A DNA stretch of 56,161 nt from Chloroflexota bacterium (GTDB taxonomy: Bacteria > Chloroflexota > Dehalococcoidia > Lucifugimonadales > Lucifugimonadaceae): positions 1-56,161 of the forward strand of contig JAQBUX010000001.1 in the NCBI GenBank assembly GCA_027623795.1, given 5' to 3'. The position numbers and the translations under genes were made by a program. Below the pieces are notes generated by a model. It did not search any database. It saw only the letters and a program-made list of their open reading frames with translations, and was not told where the DNA came from. Shown here piece by piece: positions 36,961-45,391 of this stretch (within the stretch, counting starts at the first letter, position 1; every line of letters starts with the position of its first letter).

Positions 36961-39624
36961 CTAATCCGCCGCCTGGACCTCCGCCTCGATCCTCGCAGCG
37001 AAACGCTCGCCGCCCGCGTCCCCCTCGGTCACGCCGATGTCCGACGCGTTTGCGGAATCTCGGACATCGTTGATCACGCGGGCGAGCGCCGACAGGTCTT
37101 CCGCCGTGCCCGATAACGCCAGCGAGGTCAAAGGCCGGCCCATCCCCAACCCTTCGTCCGTCTTCGCCTTTCGTACAGCGGTGATCGCGTCACATGCGAG
37201 GGCGAACGAACCCGCATCAGCCGGAGCGGGCACGGTAGCGAACTCGGCCGAAGACGGCCAGTCCGCCACGTGGATGGACCTGTGGCCTGTCTCCCCGGCA
37301 AACGCCCAGGACCAGACCTCGTCGGTGATTGTCGGGACGAACGGTGCGAACAATCGCATTAGCACGTTCAGCCCCGTACGAAGCGTCGCGATTGCGGAAG
37401 CGCGTCCCTCGGGATCTTCCTCCGACCGCGACCGTCGTTTGACCAGCTCCAGATAGTTGTCGGTGAACGCGCTCCAGAAGAAAGTCTCGGTCTCCTCTAG
37501 CGCCCGCGAGTACTCGAACTCATCAAACGCCCTCGTTGTTCGGTCGACAAGGACCGCCAACTCGGCGATGAAGGCCCGGTCGAGCTCGTTCGTGATCTCC
37601 CCTTCCGGGCCTTCCTGCGACAGCACGAACTTCCCGGCGTTGTAGATCTTCGTGACGAGCCGCTTTCCGACCTTGAACACCTGCTCGTCGAACGCCGTGT
37701 CGGCGCCGAGCCTCGCGCTCCCCGCCCAGTACCGGACGGCGTCCGCGCCGTACTCCTCGAGCATCCCTGTCGGGGTCACGACGTTGCCCCGGCTCTTGCT
37801 CATCTTCTTGCGGTCCGGGTCAAGGATCCAGCCGCTGAGCACGACGTTACGCCACGGGACGTCGCCGTGATGGAGCAAAGACTTCGCGATCGTGTAGAAC
37901 GCCCAGGTGCGGATGATGTCGTGCGCCTGTGGACGGACGTCCATAGGGAACAGCCTGTCCATCTTGTCGCCGTCTTCGCCCCATCGCGCCCCTATCTGCG
38001 GCGTGAGCGAGCTTGTGAACCATGTGTCGAACACGTCCGGCTCGCCCGCGAATCCACCCGGCTGTCCACGTTGAGACTCTGCAAAACCGGGCGCTGTGTC
38101 CGACATCGGGTCCATCGGCAACATTTCGGGAGTGGCGACGATGAGGCTCTCGTATATCGGGTTCCCCTGATCGTCCAGCCGGTACCAGACCGGAAACTGC
38201 ACCCCGAAGTAACGCTGACGGCTGATCGCCCAGTCCAACTGAAGGTTCTCGGTCCAGTTCTCGTAGCGCTTTCCCATGTGCGCGGGATGCCACTTGATCT
38301 GGCGGCCCATCCGGATCAGTTCATCCTTCTTGTCCATCAACCTTACGAACCACTGGCGGCTCGTAAGGTATTCCAGAGGGCTGTCGCCCTTTTCGAAGAA
38401 ACGCACGGCGTGCTTGATCGGACGGGGCTCGCCCTGAAGCGGGGCGTCTCCACCGGCCATCGCCGAGTTCGCCGGGTCCCGTAGCTGCTCGACGACGATT
38501 CTGCGCGCCTGATTGACCCGCTTACCGACGATCTCAGCGTAGTTGACGTTGGCCAGTTCCGGGTCGTTGCTCTCCCAACCCTCGTCGCCGTATCGCCTGT
38601 CGACGATCAGCCCGTCGCGCCCCAGCACCTGCCTCAGAGCCAAGCCTTCTTCGCGCCACCACTGCACGTCCGTCTGGTCGCCGAAAGTACAGACCATCAG
38701 CACCCCGGTGCCCTTCTCGGGGTCGGCAAGCTCCGTCGGGAAGATCGGCACCGGGACGCGGTAGATCGGCGAGATCGCCAGCTTGCCGAACAGACCTTTG
38801 TACCGCTCGTCGTCGGGGTGCGCGGCGATACCCACGCACGCCGCCAGCAACTCCGGCCGAGTCGTCGAGATGACGAAGCTGCCGCCCTCTTCCGTGGCAA
38901 ACTCGATGTCGTGGAATGCGCCGTCCCGTTCCCTGTCCTCTACCTCCGCCTGCGCGACGGCGGTGGCGAAATCCACGTCCCACATCGTCGGCGCCTCGAC
39001 CTGGTATATGTGGCCCTTCTCGTACAGATCCAGGAAGCTGCGTTGCGCCATCGCCCGCGATCTGTGGTCGATCGTCGCGTACTCCTCGTTCCAGTCAACC
39101 GACAGTCCCAACATCTCCCACAACCCTTTGAACGCGACCTCGTCCTCCGCCGTGACGATGTGGCAAAGGTCGATGAAATTCCGCCGTGAGATCACGGTCG
39201 GCCTCGGCAGGTCCCGCGGTTTCGTCTTCGGGTCGACGCGATCGACCGCCAGGTCCGGGTCGAACGGCATGTACGGGTCTGACCTGACGTTGAACACATT
39301 CTGAACACGGCGCTCGGTCGGCAGGCCGTTATCGTCCCAGCCCATCGGGTAGAAAATGTTCCGGCCGCGCATCCGCTGGTAACGGACGATCAGGTCCTGG
39401 TGGGTGTACGAGAAGACGTGGCCGACGTGAAGCGAGCCGCTCGCGGTCGGCGGTGGTGTGTCGACGACGAAGGTCTCCTCCCGCGGGCGCGACGGATCGT
39501 AGCGGTGGATGCCCAACTCGTCCCAGTGAGCGCGCCAGCGCGGCTCAGCCTCTTCCGGCTCAAATCGATTCGGCAAGGCCGATACGTCTATCGGCTTCAC
39601 CCATCCTCTGTCCGTCGTCGCCAT
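36961..39624 (-). CDS. valS: Valine--tRNA ligase
   Basis: 887 aa. HIGH-type SLHVGHVFSY, KMSKS, and an editing-domain insertion. Preceded by a T-box leader with a Val codon specifier. Confidence 0.92.
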   Translation of the reverse strand: MATTDRGWVKPIDVSALPNRFEPEEAEPRWRAHWDELGIHRYDPSRPREETFVVDTPPPTASGSLHVGHVFSYTHQDLIVRYQRMRGRNIFYPMGWDDNGLPTERRVQNVFNVRSDPYMPFDPDLAVDRVDPKTKPRDLPRPTVISRRNFIDLCHIVTAEDEVAFKGLWEMLGLSVDWNEEYATIDHRSRAMAQRSFLDLYEKGHIYQVEAPTMWDVDFATAVAQAEVEDRERDGAFHDIEFATEEGGSFVISTTRPELLAACVGIAAHPDDERYKGLFGKLAISPIYRVPVPIFPTELADPEKGTGVLMVCTFGDQTDVQWWREEGLALRQVLGRDGLIVDRRYGDEGWESNDPELANVNYAEIVGKRVNQARRIVVEQLRDPANSAMAGGDAPLQGEPRPIKHAVRFFEKGDSPLEYLTSRQWFVRLMDKKDELIRMGRQIKWHPAHMGKRYENWTENLQLDWAISRQRYFGVQFPVWYRLDDQGNPIYESLIVATPEMLPMDPMSDTAPGFAESQRGQPGGFAGEPDVFDTWFTSSLTPQIGARWGEDGDKMDRLFPMDVRPQAHDIIRTWAFYTIAKSLLHHGDVPWRNVVLSGWILDPDRKKMSKSRGNVVTPTGMLEEYGADAVRYWAGSARLGADTAFDEQVFKVGKRLVTKIYNAGKFVLSQEGPEGEITNELDRAFIAELAVLVDRTTRAFDEFEYSRALEETETFFWSAFTDNYLELVKRRSRSEEDPEGRASAIATLRTGLNVLMRLFAPFVPTITDEVWSWAFAGETGHRSIHVADWPSSAEFATVPAPADAGSFALACDAITAVRKAKTDEGLGMGRPLTSLALSGTAEDLSALARVINDVRDSANASDIGVTEGDAGGERFAARIEAEVQAAD

Positions 39625-39663
39625 ATTGTGTCCTGCTGCCTGACCCCGTGGGAGTGTCGAAAT

Positions 39664-39950
39664 AAAAAAAGACCCCGTCCACCAAAGGACGGGGCTTACG
39701 CCCGCGGTACCACCTCTGTTGTCCCTGCCGGTCAGTCCGCCGGCCGGGGCCGCTCGATGCTGATAACGGTAGCTGCCGTCCGGCCCTGCCCTTGCGTAGT
39801 TGCACGGGTTCAGGCCTGCCGCTCAGGGACGACTTCCCGCGTGGCCGACGGCGCCGGGCTCACACCATCCCCGACTCTCTCGGACCCGCCAACGCGGTAC
39901 TACTCCCCTTCACTGCGTTCGTATGTGGAGGGTTCCGACGCTAGCACGAG
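39664..39950 (-). promoter_or_regulatory. T-box riboswitch leader (Val-specific) with intrinsic terminator
   Basis: Read on the minus strand. Stem I has GGGGAGUAGUA-CCGCG ... AGAGAG ... GGUGUGA ... CGCGG-GAA-GUC-G-UCCCU. The T-box core AGAGGUGGUACCGCGGG corresponds to plus 39701-39714. The terminator is GCCCCGUCC-uuuggu-GGACGGGGUC plus U7 (39695..39664). Confidence 0.85.
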
Positions 39951-39962
39951 GACGCCAAAGGG

Positions 39963-40937
39963 TCAATCGGCCGAGGTTACGGCCTCCGCTTCATTCTTCG
40001 AGAGCTCAGGCTCCAGGCCACATTTTTCGCGCAAGCGATTCCACTCAAGATCAACGATCCCCTGGATCTCCTCAACAACGGCCGGGTCGCCGTTGCGGAG
40101 CAGGTGCCGAAATCTTCCCTGGGATTCCAGGTAGTCGACGATCGGCAGGGACTTGTGCCGCGGGCCGTTTAACTTGTATTTGCCGTTCTCGACCTCGTAA
40201 AGCGGCCACAACGCCGTCTCCACCGCCAGCCGTGAGATGGCCATCGTATCTTCTGGCTCGTAACGCCACCCGCGATCGCATGGAGCGAGTACGTTGATGA
40301 ACGCCGGACCGTCCGCGGCTTCAGCTTTTCTGACCTTGGTCATCAGGTCTTTCCAGTGGTGCACCGCTGCCTGCGCAACGTAGGGAATGCCGTGCGCTGC
40401 GATGATGCCCGTCATGTCCTTCCGCCACTGCGGCTTACCCGGAGTCACGCTGCCGGCCGGTGTCGTCGTCGTCCACGCGCCGAGCATCGTCGCCCCGCTG
40501 CGCTGAATTCCGGTGTTCATGTAGCCCTCGTTATTGAGGCAGACGTACATGAACTTGTGGCCGCGTTCGAGTGCGCCGGAAAGCCACTGGAACCCGATAT
40601 CGTACGTGGCGCCGTCGCCGCCAAAAACTACAAACGTAATCGGCCGGTCCGCCATCCGTCCCTTGCGAACAAGGGCTTTGAAGGCCGCTTCCACGCCTGA
40701 CGCGCTGGTGGCGGCGTTTTCAAACGCGCTGTGTATGAGCGGCACCTTCCAGGCGGTGTCCGGAAAGCGGGTGCTTGAAACCTCAAGGCAACCGGTCGCA
40801 AGCGCCACTACGGGCGGATTCTCAAGCGCGGTCAACACCTGGCGGACGATAACAGACTCGGAACAGCCCGCGCACAGCCCATGCCCGGGGTTGAACCCAT
40901 CATCGAGCATCGATAGCTCGCGTAATTTGAGGGTCAT
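39963..40937 (-). CDS. porB: 2-oxoacid:ferredoxin oxidoreductase, beta (TPP-binding) subunit
   Basis: Contains GHGLCAGC and VVFGGDGATYDIGFQ. Overlaps the alpha subunit stop by 4 nt. Confidence 0.9.
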   Translation of the reverse strand: MTLKLRELSMLDDGFNPGHGLCAGCSESVIVRQVLTALENPPVVALATGCLEVSSTRFPDTAWKVPLIHSAFENAATSASGVEAAFKALVRKGRMADRPITFVVFGGDGATYDIGFQWLSGALERGHKFMYVCLNNEGYMNTGIQRSGATMLGAWTTTTPAGSVTPGKPQWRKDMTGIIAAHGIPYVAQAAVHHWKDLMTKVRKAEAADGPAFINVLAPCDRGWRYEPEDTMAISRLAVETALWPLYEVENGKYKLNGPRHKSLPIVDYLESQGRFRHLLRNGDPAVVEEIQGIVDLEWNRLREKCGLEPELSKNEAEAVTSAD

Positions 40938-42205
40938 GCGGTCGTTCCCTCCCCTAACACGGTTTCGTCTTGAACTTCCCGAAGTCCGAGATATGTTGGG
41001 TCCGTCCCAACCTCTCCCGTTTCGAGGGCAGACCTGAGTTCATCAAACGCCTGATTCATCTGGCCTTGTGTGACGACTCTGCCCCCCAATCCGTAGACGA
41101 AACCCCTCGCCAACGGGCGGTCGGAGCGGCTCCAGAGAGCGGCTTTGACGTCCGCCAGAAGCGGGTTGTCCGCCGAGCCGAGCCCTATCGCACGGTCCAT
41201 CACACCGACGACGCGAACGCCTGATAGCGCTTCCGCTACGGCGGCCACAGGGAAGGGACGGAACAGTCGGATCCGCAGCGCGCCCGCCTTCAACCCGGCT
41301 GCACGGGCGGCGTTCACGGCGGCGTGGACCTGCCCCTCTGCCGATCCCATCATCACGAGCGCCACCTCCGCGTCGTCCATCATGTACGGCTCGAGGATAT
41401 GGTGGTCACGCCCGGAGATCTCGCCGAAACGTTGCAACGCATCCTCGACGACGGACTGCGCAGCGTAGAGCGCCGCCTCTTGCTGGCGGCGGTGCTCGAA
41501 GTAGTAATCCCTGAAGTCCAACGCGCCGTACGTGGCCTCTGATCCGGGGACGAGCAGCGACATCTCCGGCTCGTACTCGCCGACGTACTCACGAACCACA
41601 TCGTCCGGCAGCACATCGACGCGTTCGACGGCGTGGGTCACCATGAAGCCATCGATCATGGTTGCGCACGGCAACATCACGTCCGGATGCTCGGCCACGA
41701 TCTGCGCAACAATGGCGAGGTCGTAGGCCTCCTGGGGGTTACTGCCGGAAATCATTACCCAGCCGGTCTCACGCATCGCCATGGCGTCCGAATGATCGCC
41801 GAGTATGTTGAGCGGGGCGGAGAGCGCTCGTGTGCACAGGTGCATCACTATCGGCAGTCGCATACCGGACGTTACGCCAAGCATCTCGAACATGAGGGCG
41901 AGGCCCGGACCCGCCGTAGCCGTAACGGCCCGCGCTCCCGCTGCGCTCGCGCCGACGCAGGCGCTAAGGGCTGCGTGCTCACTTTCTACGTTGATGTACT
42001 CGGTACGGACCACGCCGTCAGCGCAGTACTCCGCAAACTTTTCGATGATCAGCGTCTGGGGCGTGATCGGATAGGCGGCGACCACCTCGGGTTCGATCTG
42101 CCGGAGGGCGTAGGCGACCGCCTCACCGCCGTTCATCGCGATGGCGGTGGACGCGGCCGGTTCCCCGGCAACGCCGATTCCAGCGCGTTCTCGCGTATCT
42201 ACCAT
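40934..42205 (-). CDS. porA: 2-oxoacid:ferredoxin oxidoreductase, alpha subunit
   Basis: Start at ATG 42205 (GGAGGG upstream). Contains MNGGEAVAYALRQIEPEVVAAYPITPQT. The ORF-track start at 42319 would overlap porD. Confidence 0.9.
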   Translation of the reverse strand: MVDTRERAGIGVAGEPAASTAIAMNGGEAVAYALRQIEPEVVAAYPITPQTLIIEKFAEYCADGVVRTEYINVESEHAALSACVGASAAGARAVTATAGPGLALMFEMLGVTSGMRLPIVMHLCTRALSAPLNILGDHSDAMAMRETGWVMISGSNPQEAYDLAIVAQIVAEHPDVMLPCATMIDGFMVTHAVERVDVLPDDVVREYVGEYEPEMSLLVPGSEATYGALDFRDYYFEHRRQQEAALYAAQSVVEDALQRFGEISGRDHHILEPYMMDDAEVALVMMGSAEGQVHAAVNAARAAGLKAGALRIRLFRPFPVAAVAEALSGVRVVGVMDRAIGLGSADNPLLADVKAALWSRSDRPLARGFVYGLGGRVVTQGQMNQAFDELRSALETGEVGTDPTYLGLREVQDETVLGEGTTA

Positions 42206-42236
42206 GCGCCCTCCGTTCCTATGCGTACTGTCACAC

Positions 42237-42530
42237 TCAGTCGCGCCCTTCGGCGACCATCTCGATGCATTTACGCGGACACTCACTTGCACATATTCCG
42301 CAGCCTTTGCAGTGATCAAGGTCCACCGAAACGAGAGTGCCTTTAGCCGTCGCGAAACAGCTGTCCGGGCACATCACCCAACAGATCATGCAATGGCTAC
42401 AGGCGTCGAAGTCGATGACCGGGCGTTTGGTGCGCCACGAGCCGGTCAGGTTGCGTTCTGTGCTTCCGGGATTGACGACCGTACCGCCGGTCGGCACGTC
42501 CACCCAGGATTCGGCGCCGGGCTGAGTCAT
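42237..42530 (-). CDS. porD: 2-oxoacid:ferredoxin oxidoreductase, delta (2x[4Fe-4S] ferredoxin) subunit
   Basis: 97 aa with two cluster motifs, CSHCMICWVMCP and CKGCGICASECP. Confidence 0.85.
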   Translation of the reverse strand: MTQPGAESWVDVPTGGTVVNPGSTERNLTGSWRTKRPVIDFDACSHCMICWVMCPDSCFATAKGTLVSVDLDHCKGCGICASECPRKCIEMVAEGRD

Positions 42531-43180
42531 TGGATACCTCCCTGGCCGACGGACCGGGCCAGCTCATTCCCCCGTTGAAGGGCAGCGATATTCCCATTCA
42601 CAACCCTCTCCGAGAAGATCTCGCCGAGTTGGGCGCGTACCGCGTCGGTCATCGTTTCCAGGTCTACGATCGGGTAAACCGTCAGCAATGCACCAAGCAT
42701 CGGGACGTTTGGCAGCGGTCTTCCGATCAGCTCCTCCCCGATGGCGGTCCCGTCTATGGTGCAGATCACGATGTCGCTACGACCGAGGCGATCCCGTTCG
42801 TTTTCAGGAGATCGGGTCGAATTGACCACCACGGCCGCTCCCGGCAACACGCCTTCGAGGACATCGACGCTGCCGATCAGAGACGGGTCAAGAATCAGAA
42901 CGAGGGCGGGGTTCGTAACGGGCCCGCGCATGGTGGGCGGACTGTCGCCCACCCGGGTGTAAGCGGCGATCGGCGCGCCAGATCGTTCGGCGCCGAAATC
43001 CGGCAAAGATTGCGGGAAAAAACCGCCCCGGAGCGCGGCCGTGGCGAGAAGTCGGCTGGCCGTCACCACTCCCTGACCGCCGCGACCGTGCCAGCGAACC
43101 TCCGCGGGGAGCGCTACAGGCGTCGTCGTCACCAAGCGTGGCACCTCCTCAAGCACGTCATGTGCAAATTGGCGCGTCAC
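42527..43180 (-). CDS. porG: 2-oxoacid:ferredoxin oxidoreductase, gamma subunit
   Basis: Contains RWHGRGGQGVVTASRLLA. GTG start at 43180, preceded by GGGAGGAG. The 4-nt overlap with porD gives the order gamma-delta-alpha-beta. Confidence 0.8.
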   Translation of the reverse strand: MTRQFAHDVLEEVPRLVTTTPVALPAEVRWHGRGGQGVVTASRLLATAALRGGFFPQSLPDFGAERSGAPIAAYTRVGDSPPTMRGPVTNPALVLILDPSLIGSVDVLEGVLPGAAVVVNSTRSPENERDRLGRSDIVICTIDGTAIGEELIGRPLPNVPMLGALLTVYPIVDLETMTDAVRAQLGEIFSERVVNGNIAALQRGNELARSVGQGGIQ

Positions 43181-43438
43181 ACGGTGACGCTCCTCCCGAA
43201 CCAATCCCCACCAGTCTCGGCCGTAGGGCGTGAGGAAGGCGTGAAGACGATGAGGCTTGCCCAAGATCGGGGATTGATTACAACGTACCAACAAAGCTGA
43301 CTCACGACGGCCTCACGCATTCCCGCATAACCCTCACGATTCCCTCACGCCCTCGCGCTTAGTGTGCGAGTAGTTGACGTATGTGTGCAGCCGGGACGCT
43401 GGCGCAACCCGCAACGAGCGTGAATTGAGGAGGTAACC

Positions 43439-43915
43439 ATGGGACGCCCACGTTTTCTGGTTTTCGCGATCCCCGGGTTGATACCGTTGCTGTTTGCCGT
43501 AACCGCGATCGCGGCCGGAGCCCCACCCGCAACTCTGATCGCGATCATCGCCATCTTCTACGTCCTGGTACTGGGCGCGTACTTCTCTGAGCGAATCGCG
43601 ACGCCGTCCATCGTCGTTCTAGGCGCCGAAATGATTGCACGTAACGCTCGAGCAATCGGCATCGCGTTGACGCGACGCGTGCCATACCGGGGTGACCGCA
43701 AAACGCTTCAGATCGCCGCAACTTCAGGTGCCTGTCCCCTTGGGCTGGACGCCGGAACGACATGGCAAATCAACGGGTTCGGACAGTTAGACCGGCCGAT
43801 ATGCCGACCCGCGGCGTTGGCGATGGGGGTCGTACTTGACGGCAACGACCCGTTGGCGCAGGAAGCATGCGTCTGCCCGCGTGGCCCGCAAAACGTCTCG
43901 TTCGCGGTCCAGTAA
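43439..43915 (+). CDS. Membrane protein with a Cys-rich C-terminal domain (pattern reminiscent of the TIGR04076 family)
   Basis: GGAGG precedes the ATG. Two N-terminal TM segments. The C-terminus is ACPLGLDAGTTWQINGF...ICRPAALAM...CVCPRGPQNVSFAV. Family assignment is from memory of the Cys pattern only. Confidence 0.5.
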   Translation: MGRPRFLVFAIPGLIPLLFAVTAIAAGAPPATLIAIIAIFYVLVLGAYFSERIATPSIVVLGAEMIARNARAIGIALTRRVPYRGDRKTLQIAATSGACPLGLDAGTTWQINGFGQLDRPICRPAALAMGVVLDGNDPLAQEACVCPRGPQNVSFAVQ

Positions 43916-43997
43916 AATTGATCTAAGGACCAGAAAAACTTCGCATCGGGAACGGTGGGGTCACGGCGTCGGGCTGAGACTCTTCAGGGAGGCCAAC

Positions 43998-44519
43998 GTG
44001 CAACTCGGCAACAAACTGAACGTGGCGGACTCCGTGACGCGACCCCTTTTCGAGTCAGGCCGGTCCTGCGGTGAATGCCTGTTGCTGGCCACCGACGGTC
44101 CTGAAAACCCCGGACGCGACGTGCTCCTTCGATCGATCCGCGGCCTGTCAGCGGGTCGCGCCGGGACCTGTTCGCTCCTCGTGGCAGGTCTGCTCGCCAT
44201 CGCCGAATGTACCGACGCTGAGTCGGATCGCGATCTCCCGTCAAACGACTTCCTTGAGACGTTCGTCCCGGACGGCGCGCCCGGATCTCAGTTGTCCCGC
44301 GGCAGTTCGAAGTTAAACGACTTCCGACGCCGATTCGAGGACCGCGTGCGGCGCGATCACGCAGGGATTGCGTGCGCGGAGATTTCCCGGGCGGACTGGG
44401 GAACCGGCAACCCCGTGACCAGCCAGGCGCCGTTTCCGGACGACAATTGCGTTCGACTGGCGGACGCGACCGTCGCGGACCTGAACGAGATCCTTGCGGG
44501 CGTGAAGCGCGCCGGCTAG
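43998..44519 (+). CDS. C_GCAxxG_C_C-family (putative redox-active) protein
   Basis: GGGAGG lies 5 nt before the GTG at 43998. Contains SCGECLL, GRAGTCSLLVAG, GIACAEI and DDNCVRL, which reproduce the family's spaced Cys pattern. Confidence 0.55.
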   Translation: MQLGNKLNVADSVTRPLFESGRSCGECLLLATDGPENPGRDVLLRSIRGLSAGRAGTCSLLVAGLLAIAECTDAESDRDLPSNDFLETFVPDGAPGSQLSRGSSKLNDFRRRFEDRVRRDHAGIACAEISRADWGTGNPVTSQAPFPDDNCVRLADATVADLNEILAGVKRAG

Positions 44520-45391
44520 GTTCTCACCGGTCGTCGCCGAGCTCGCCGGACGTAGCGGGGCGCTGGCGTGTAGGTGTGCAGATCGCCCAGGTCGATAAAC
44601 GGCCTGGCCCACGATTCGTCGCTGTTCTTCCGCGCCTGCGCCAGTCGCATCCTCTCCAGTTGCTCAAGCCCTTTTCGGGTATCGCTCGCGATACGGGCCG
44701 GGTCGGAGTTCTTGAACCGGCGCTGGAAAAGCCAGTAGGTGAAATGGTCAAGACTCTCCAGATTGCCGTCGGCGCGTCCCGGTCCGCGCTCCCGGCGGTT
44801 TATCCTGCGGTCCGTTTCTTCCTGGAACTCGTTGATCAGCTCGTCACGTGTGCCGCGATACAGAATCTCGTACGCGGCGTCGGAACCGGCATCGTCGGGA
44901 GAGAACCCACGAGCGTAACGGCGCTTGCGGACCTCCTCTTCCACCGCCAGGAGGATCGCCTGTTCGACCGTCACGCCGTAGAAATAGTTCAGAAACGCAG
45001 AGGACTTTGCGAATCCAATCCTCCGCCGGAACTCTTCTTCGCTAAGTCCGGCCGGAAGCGCCGTATCGAGAAGAAGTTCTTCCCTCTCCTCCTCGGGGAC
45101 AGGGATGTCCGGAGCCGCCAGGATTCGCTGGGCCAGCGATTTCCAGTCGAACGCCTCCGCCGCAATCAAATAGACGAACGCCCGTGTATCCACCTGCTCC
45201 TCGGCCAATGGCCACAGGGCCATCGTCTCGATCAGGGCAAGGCGCCAGTCGCCGTCCGGGCGCGATGCCGCCACACGAAACTGAGCGAGCAACTCCTCGG
45301 GATCGGTCGCAGCGGCTTCGGCCGTGATCGCCTCCGCAGCCTCGATCGTTTCGATTTCGTCCGGTTCGATCGCTCCGTTGTCCCGATTCAT
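44516..45391 (-). CDS. Hypothetical protein (291 aa), translationally coupled to polX
   Basis: ATGA overlap with the polX stop (45388-45391). Acidic N-terminus and basic C-terminus (RYVRRARRRPVRT). No family recognised. Confidence 0.55.
   Translation of the reverse strand: MNRDNGAIEPDEIETIEAAEAITAEAAATDPEELLAQFRVAASRPDGDWRLALIETMALWPLAEEQVDTRAFVYLIAAEAFDWKSLAQRILAAPDIPVPEEEREELLLDTALPAGLSEEEFRRRIGFAKSSAFLNYFYGVTVEQAILLAVEEEVRKRRYARGFSPDDAGSDAAYEILYRGTRDELINEFQEETDRRINRRERGPGRADGNLESLDHFTYWLFQRRFKNSDPARIASDTRKGLEQLERMRLAQARKNSDESWARPFIDLGDLHTYTPAPRYVRRARRRPVRT

Noticed and set aside
39400-40134. The 244-aa plus-strand ORF and the 81-aa minus-strand ORF between valS and porB.
   Set aside because: The region is fully explained by a T-box leader with terminator, and both translations are low-complexity.
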